Source of the DNA: Candidatus Eiseniibacteriota bacterium
Lineage (GTDB): Bacteria; Eisenbacteria; RBG-16-71-46; JABDJR01
Assembly: GCA_963783375.1 (NCBI GenBank)
Contig: CAWANH010000004.1
Location: 1-10,314 of the forward strand
DNA length: 10,314 bases
Direction of reading: 5' to 3'
Shown here: piece after piece, positions 7,014-10,314 of the stretch
How positions within the stretch are numbered: the first letter of the stretch is position 1
Layout of the letters: each line of letters starts with the position of its first letter
Program-made: the position numbers and the translations under genes
The notes under the pieces: model-generated
Told to the model about the DNA's origin: nothing
The model's database searches: none
Seen by the model: only the letters and a program-made list of their open reading frames with translations

Positions 7014-7122
7014 TGTCCCGTCCCGGGAGTTCGTGGTCCCGGTCCGGGCATCGTCGGCGCGCGGTGACGGGCGCCGGGGTCTCGGGGGGCGCGCACCCCG
7101 GTCCGGGCGCGCGCGGAGCGCC

Positions 7123-8031
7123 ATGCCGAACGAGGGATACACCTACCGCGAGCGACTGGGAGCCCTTCCTCCCGGCACGACCCTGCTCGGCTACCTGAGC
7201 GAGCGCTACCCGCACTCCTCGGCGGAGGCGTGGCGCGACCGGATCGAGGCGGGCCTGGTCACCGTGGACGGCGCCCCCGCCGGTCCGGACACCGCGCTCA
7301 CGCCGGGCCGGGAGGTCGCCTGGCTCCGGCCCCCATGGGTGGAACCGGAGGCGCCCTGCGCGTACGCGCTCCTCTACCGGGACGCGGAGATCCTGGCGGT
7401 GGCCAAGCCGGCGGGACTGCCCACCCTTCCCGGCGGCGGCTACCTGGAGCACACCCTCCTGGCGGTGGTGCGGCGCCGCTATCCCGAGGCATCGCCGCTC
7501 CACCGGTTGGGGCGGTGGACGTCGGGGCTCGTCCTGTTCGCGCGCACCCCCGGGGCCCTGGCCGTTCTCTCCGAGGCCTGGCGAAAGGGCCGGGTGCAAA
7601 AGCGCTACCGCGCGCTCGCCTCCGGGCGGGCGGAGCGGAAACGCTTCTCGGTGGAGCTTCCCATCGGTCCGGTGCCGCACGCCGTCCTCGGCACGGTCCA
7701 CGGCGTCTCGCCCACCGGCCGGCGCGCGGTGAGCGACGTGCGGGTCCTGGAGGAACGGGCGGACATGTTCCTGGCCGACGTGGAGATCGAAACCGGCCGG
7801 CCCCACCAGATCCGGATTCATCTCGCCGGCGCCGGCCACCCCCTGGTCGGTGACCCCCTGTACCCGGTGGGAGGCGTGCCGGCCATGGGAACCACCGCCC
7901 TGCCCGGAGATCCGGGCTACCTCCTCCACGCCGCCGAACTCCGGTTCCCCCATCCACAAACCGGGCGCCTGCTTCGCCTTCGCTCGGAGCCGCCCCCGCC
8001 CCTTCGTCTCTCCGATCCACGACGCGGATAG
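7123..8031 (+). CDS. RluA-family pseudouridine-synthase-like protein with an S4-like N-terminus and catalytic Asp replaced by Gly, 302 aa
   Basis: [66 protein letters not shown]. Confidence 0.9.
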   Translation: MPNEGYTYRERLGALPPGTTLLGYLSERYPHSSAEAWRDRIEAGLVTVDGAPAGPDTALTPGREVAWLRPPWVEPEAPCAYALLYRDAEILAVAKPAGLPTLPGGGYLEHTLLAVVRRRYPEASPLHRLGRWTSGLVLFARTPGALAVLSEAWRKGRVQKRYRALASGRAERKRFSVELPIGPVPHAVLGTVHGVSPTGRRAVSDVRVLEERADMFLADVEIETGRPHQIRIHLAGAGHPLVGDPLYPVGGVPAMGTTALPGDPGYLLHAAELRFPHPQTGRLLRLRSEPPPPLRLSDPRRG

Positions 8032-8152
8032 CCGGTCCCCGGGGCTCCCGTCACACGCCCCCGAGGAAACCGTAATCACTCTCCGAAGGGAAACCGGAAG
8101 CCGGACGCCGCCGAGCGCGGGGCGCCCACCCCTCCGGAGAAAGCGAGCGACC

Positions 8153-8863
8153 ATGTTAGGCTTGAAATCATCAGCTTCTACCTTCGGCGCATGCCTGGCT
8201 GCGGCGGCGATGATCTCCGGCTGTTCCGCGGGAAGGCCCGGGGACGGATCCGTGTCGAGGGACCGGAACGCTCCGGCCATGGCGGCCGCCGACCGGGACG
8301 CGGGAGCGGATCCCGCCCGAATGCAATCGGAAGCCGGCGCGGGCAAGGCCGATCGGAGCGGCACGACCATGAGCGATCGGAACACCATGGACAAGGACGG
8401 GAAGAGCGAGGGGATGATGAGCGGCGAGAAGACGATGAATCCGGACGGGAAGATCGTGAAGAGCGAGGCTGAATGGAAGAAGGAACTCACTCCGGAGGAG
8501 TACCGCGTGACCCGGGAGAAAGGCACCGAGATGGCCTTCACCGGTAAGTACTGGAACGAGCACCGGGCGGGGATCTACGTCTGCGTGGCCTGCGGGGAAC
8601 CGCTCTTCAGCTCCGACACCAAGTACGACTCGGGATCGGGCTGGCCGAGCTTCTGGGATCCGATCGACGAGCACAACGTCGATACGGTCCGGGACCGGAG
8701 CCTCGGGATGGCCCGAACCGAGGTCACCTGCCACCGATGCGGCGCCCACCTCGGACACGTCTTCAACGACGGCCCCAGGCCGACCGGCCTTCGCTACTGC
8801 ATCAACTCCGCCGCGCTCGAGTTCGACCCGGCCAAGGACAAGCCCGGGTCCGGAACCCCCTGA
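8153..8863 (+). CDS. msrB: Peptide-methionine (R)-S-oxide reductase MsrB with lipoprotein signal and Met-rich linker, 236 aa
   Basis: GTEMAFTG, Zn motifs CVAC and [25 protein letters not shown], catalytic RYCINS. The N-terminus has lipobox ISG-C24. The start position is less certain than the family call. Confidence 0.93.
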   Translation: MLGLKSSASTFGACLAAAAMISGCSAGRPGDGSVSRDRNAPAMAAADRDAGADPARMQSEAGAGKADRSGTTMSDRNTMDKDGKSEGMMSGEKTMNPDGKIVKSEAEWKKELTPEEYRVTREKGTEMAFTGKYWNEHRAGIYVCVACGEPLFSSDTKYDSGSGWPSFWDPIDEHNVDTVRDRSLGMARTEVTCHRCGAHLGHVFNDGPRPTGLRYCINSAALEFDPAKDKPGSGTP

Positions 8864-8870
8864 CCGTGCC

Positions 8871-8921
8871 CGGGCGGCCCCGGGGATCGGGACGGCCCGG
8901 TCCGGTCCCCGGGGACGCCCG
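8871..8921 (+). terminator. GC-rich hairpin immediately after msrB
   Basis: CGGGCG/CGCCCG outer arms and CCCCGGGGATCGG/CCGGTCCCCGGGG inner arms. No strong U-tract, so it may be a stability element instead. Confidence 0.4.
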
Positions 8922-9053
8922 ACCACGCGGCAACGCGTTTCGGGACATGGGGATGGGTTCGAACCCCGACCATCCGTGCGGAACTCCGTAACCGATCCCC
9001 CGACCCTGCATCCCTCCCGGTGAACCTCATTCGAGCAAGGGAGGATGACGCAA

Positions 9054-9440
9054 GTGGAAATGGAAATCGTGTTCCCCCACGGGGATAGGGTGGACGCAAA
9101 GATGGGCTCCATGGTCATCACGACCGATCAGGACGGCTCCGCGCCCGCCCCCTTTCAGCTCTTTCTGGCGTCGATCGGGACCTGCGCCGGGATCTACGTG
9201 TCGAGCTTCTGCCGGCAGCGGGGGATCCCCACCGACGACATTCGGATCCGCCAGCGGATGCGGGCCAATCCCACCACCCGGATGGTGGAGCAGATCGATC
9301 TGGACATCGTCCTTCCCGAGACCTTTCCCGAGCAGTACAAGGAGGCGGTGATCCGGTCCGCCCAGCTCTGCGCGGTGAAAAAGCACCTGGAGCACCCGCC
9401 GGCCATCGCGGTCCGGACCGTCACCGAGGCCGCCGTCTAG
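9054..9440 (+). CDS. OsmC/Ohr-family protein, 128 aa
   Basis: TDQ..PAPFQLFLASIGTCAG and LCAVKKHL supply the two conserved Cys. GTG 9054 is preferred as start because GGAGG (9040-9044) directly abuts ATG 9045 but lies 9 nt from the GTG. Confidence 0.88.
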   Translation: MEMEIVFPHGDRVDAKMGSMVITTDQDGSAPAPFQLFLASIGTCAGIYVSSFCRQRGIPTDDIRIRQRMRANPTTRMVEQIDLDIVLPETFPEQYKEAVIRSAQLCAVKKHLEHPPAIAVRTVTEAAV

Positions 9441-9476
9441 CCCGCCCGGGGCTCCTGAAGTTTCGTTGCGAGACCT

Positions 9477-9507
9477 CCGGTCCGGGGGGCACGGCTCCCC
9501 GGACCGG
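9477..9507. repeat. Perfect 11-bp inverted repeat hairpin
   Basis: CCGGTCCGGGG (9477-9487) pairs with CCCCGGACCGG (9497-9507), extendable to ~14 bp with G-U. Confidence 0.7.
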
Positions 9508-9524
9508 CGCATACACAGCCCTTA

Positions 9525-9616
9525 GGCCGCTGCCCGACCCGGGTTCTGAGCGAAGTCGCCGCGATTTCGGGGCGCTCCTTCAGACTCAGCCCGATCGGGC
9601 GGCGGCCCGTTCTTTT
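9525..9616 (+). terminator. Long imperfect hairpin followed by a U-rich tract (possible intrinsic terminator or REP-like element)
   Basis: 9525-9537 pairs with 9595-9607. Inner stems CGGG..CTGAG/CTCAGCCCG, GAAG/CTTC and CGCC/GGCG. Followed by TTCTTTT. Confidence 0.5.
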
Positions 9617-9800
9617 CCGCGTCCGCCGGAACAAGTCTTCCCGATCCCTCCACCACCCTTCCCTTCCGTGCTAGTCTCCTACGCTTTGACTCGAATCCAC
9701 GAGGTTCCGGCGGGATGCGCCCGCCCCGGCGAGGCTTCCGGCCGCGCCGCCGCGCCTCGTGACGACGGGCGGACACAAGCGAAGGAGTCGGACGGATACC

Positions 9801-10202
9801 ATGCTGGGCTTTGAGAACCCGGCCACCTATACCCGGGTGGGGATCATCTACATCATCCTGAGCCTACCCGCCTGGGGGCTCCTGATCGCCGGGAAGCTGT
9901 TCGAGATCCGGAACTTCTATCTCCTCATCTCGGTCATGGGGCTGCCCCTCGGCGCGCTCTTCCTGGGGTTCGGGACCGGGCGCCGGGCCCTCAATTCCCG
10001 CAGCGACAACGCGCTCCGAATCTCCTACATCGCCCTGGCTTTCATCGCCTTCCTGTTCCTCTTCGAGCTCATGGTCCGGGGCGGGGCTTCGCTCTTCATC
10101 ACCGCGGTCCTGTTTTGCGCGATGGCCGGGTCGTTCCTGTCGCTCCTGACCCTGGTGTTCCTCGTCGCCGCGCTCTTTCCCGAACGCCCGCCGGATCGCT
10201 GA
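9801..10202 (+). CDS. Hypothetical integral membrane protein, about 4 TM helices, 133 aa
   Basis: Four long hydrophobic segments, GC3-rich codons, AAGGAG at 9782-9787 upstream of ATG 9801. Confidence 0.8.
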   Translation: MLGFENPATYTRVGIIYIILSLPAWGLLIAGKLFEIRNFYLLISVMGLPLGALFLGFGTGRRALNSRSDNALRISYIALAFIAFLFLFELMVRGGASLFITAVLFCAMAGSFLSLLTLVFLVAALFPERPPDR

Positions 10203-10314
10203 CGCCATGTCTACGCACCATCACGGCTCCAACCAGATCGTCCGGCGCCTGCGGCTCATGCTGCTGAAGGGGGAGCGGCGACTCGGATCGATAGGGCACC
10301 AGATCAGGACCCCC

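Noticed and set aside
6466-7122. N-terminal extension of the RluA-like ORF; likewise the extensions of ORFs 74..925, 5367..5879, 4432..5628, 3303..4265 and 7850..8863
   Set aside because: They overlap neighbouring genes or promoters and are low-complexity. Internal starts fit family N-termini and SD or promoter signals better.
5430-8541. Long antisense and alternate-frame ORFs (5430..7142, 6811..8541, also 4459..5652, 4190..5512, 1305..2168)
   Set aside because: Shadow ORFs of real high-GC genes, Arg/Pro/Gly-rich and without family motifs.
8951-8975. GGGTTCGAACCCC resembling a tRNA T-arm
   Set aside because: Only 3-4 bp of T-stem form, and no acceptor, D or anticodon arms can be built.
10207-10314. 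Possible partial CDS at the right edge (plus MSTHHHGSNQ... from 10207, or minus ...GVLIWCPIDPSRRSPF...WLEP* ending at 10221)
   Set aside because: Both frames are open and too short to decide. No recognisable motif.
1-10314. CRISPR array, integron attC cassettes, IS elements, rRNA
   Set aside because: No regularly spaced repeats, no convincing RYYYAAC...GTTRRRY sites at gene ends, and no recombinase or transposase motifs.

Overview
High-GC bacterial chromosomal window (roughly 68-70% GC by eye). Minus strand: a GPP34/GOLPH3-family gene, an aldo/keto reductase and a Ddl-like ATP-grasp ligase. Plus strand: a secreted two-repeat protein with a C-terminal SWGKIK tail, a DUF4424-like lipoprotein, a MoaD/ThiS ubiquitin-like protein paired with a BNR/Asp-box beta-propeller, an RluA-family protein, a lipoprotein MsrB, an OsmC-family protein and a 4-TM membrane protein. 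Main observations: (1) 187 bp near the 3' end of the ATP-grasp gene recurs 2617 bp away as a decayed direct copy (20 mismatches, catalytic Glu lost), and the two copies bracket a 2.4 kb islet of gene fragments and exported-protein genes; (2) the RluA-family protein has Gly in place of the catalytic Asp; (3) the ubiquitin-like/beta-propeller pair has no E1 partner in the window and seems to be transcribed leaderlessly, divergent from the ATP-grasp gene; (4) the WGxIK tail looks like a C-terminal sorting signal; (5) MsrB is lipid-anchored through a Met-rich linker; (6) several intergenic regions are highly structured. No rRNA, tRNA, CRISPR array, integrase or transposase was found. All family calls come from motif recognition, not database searches.
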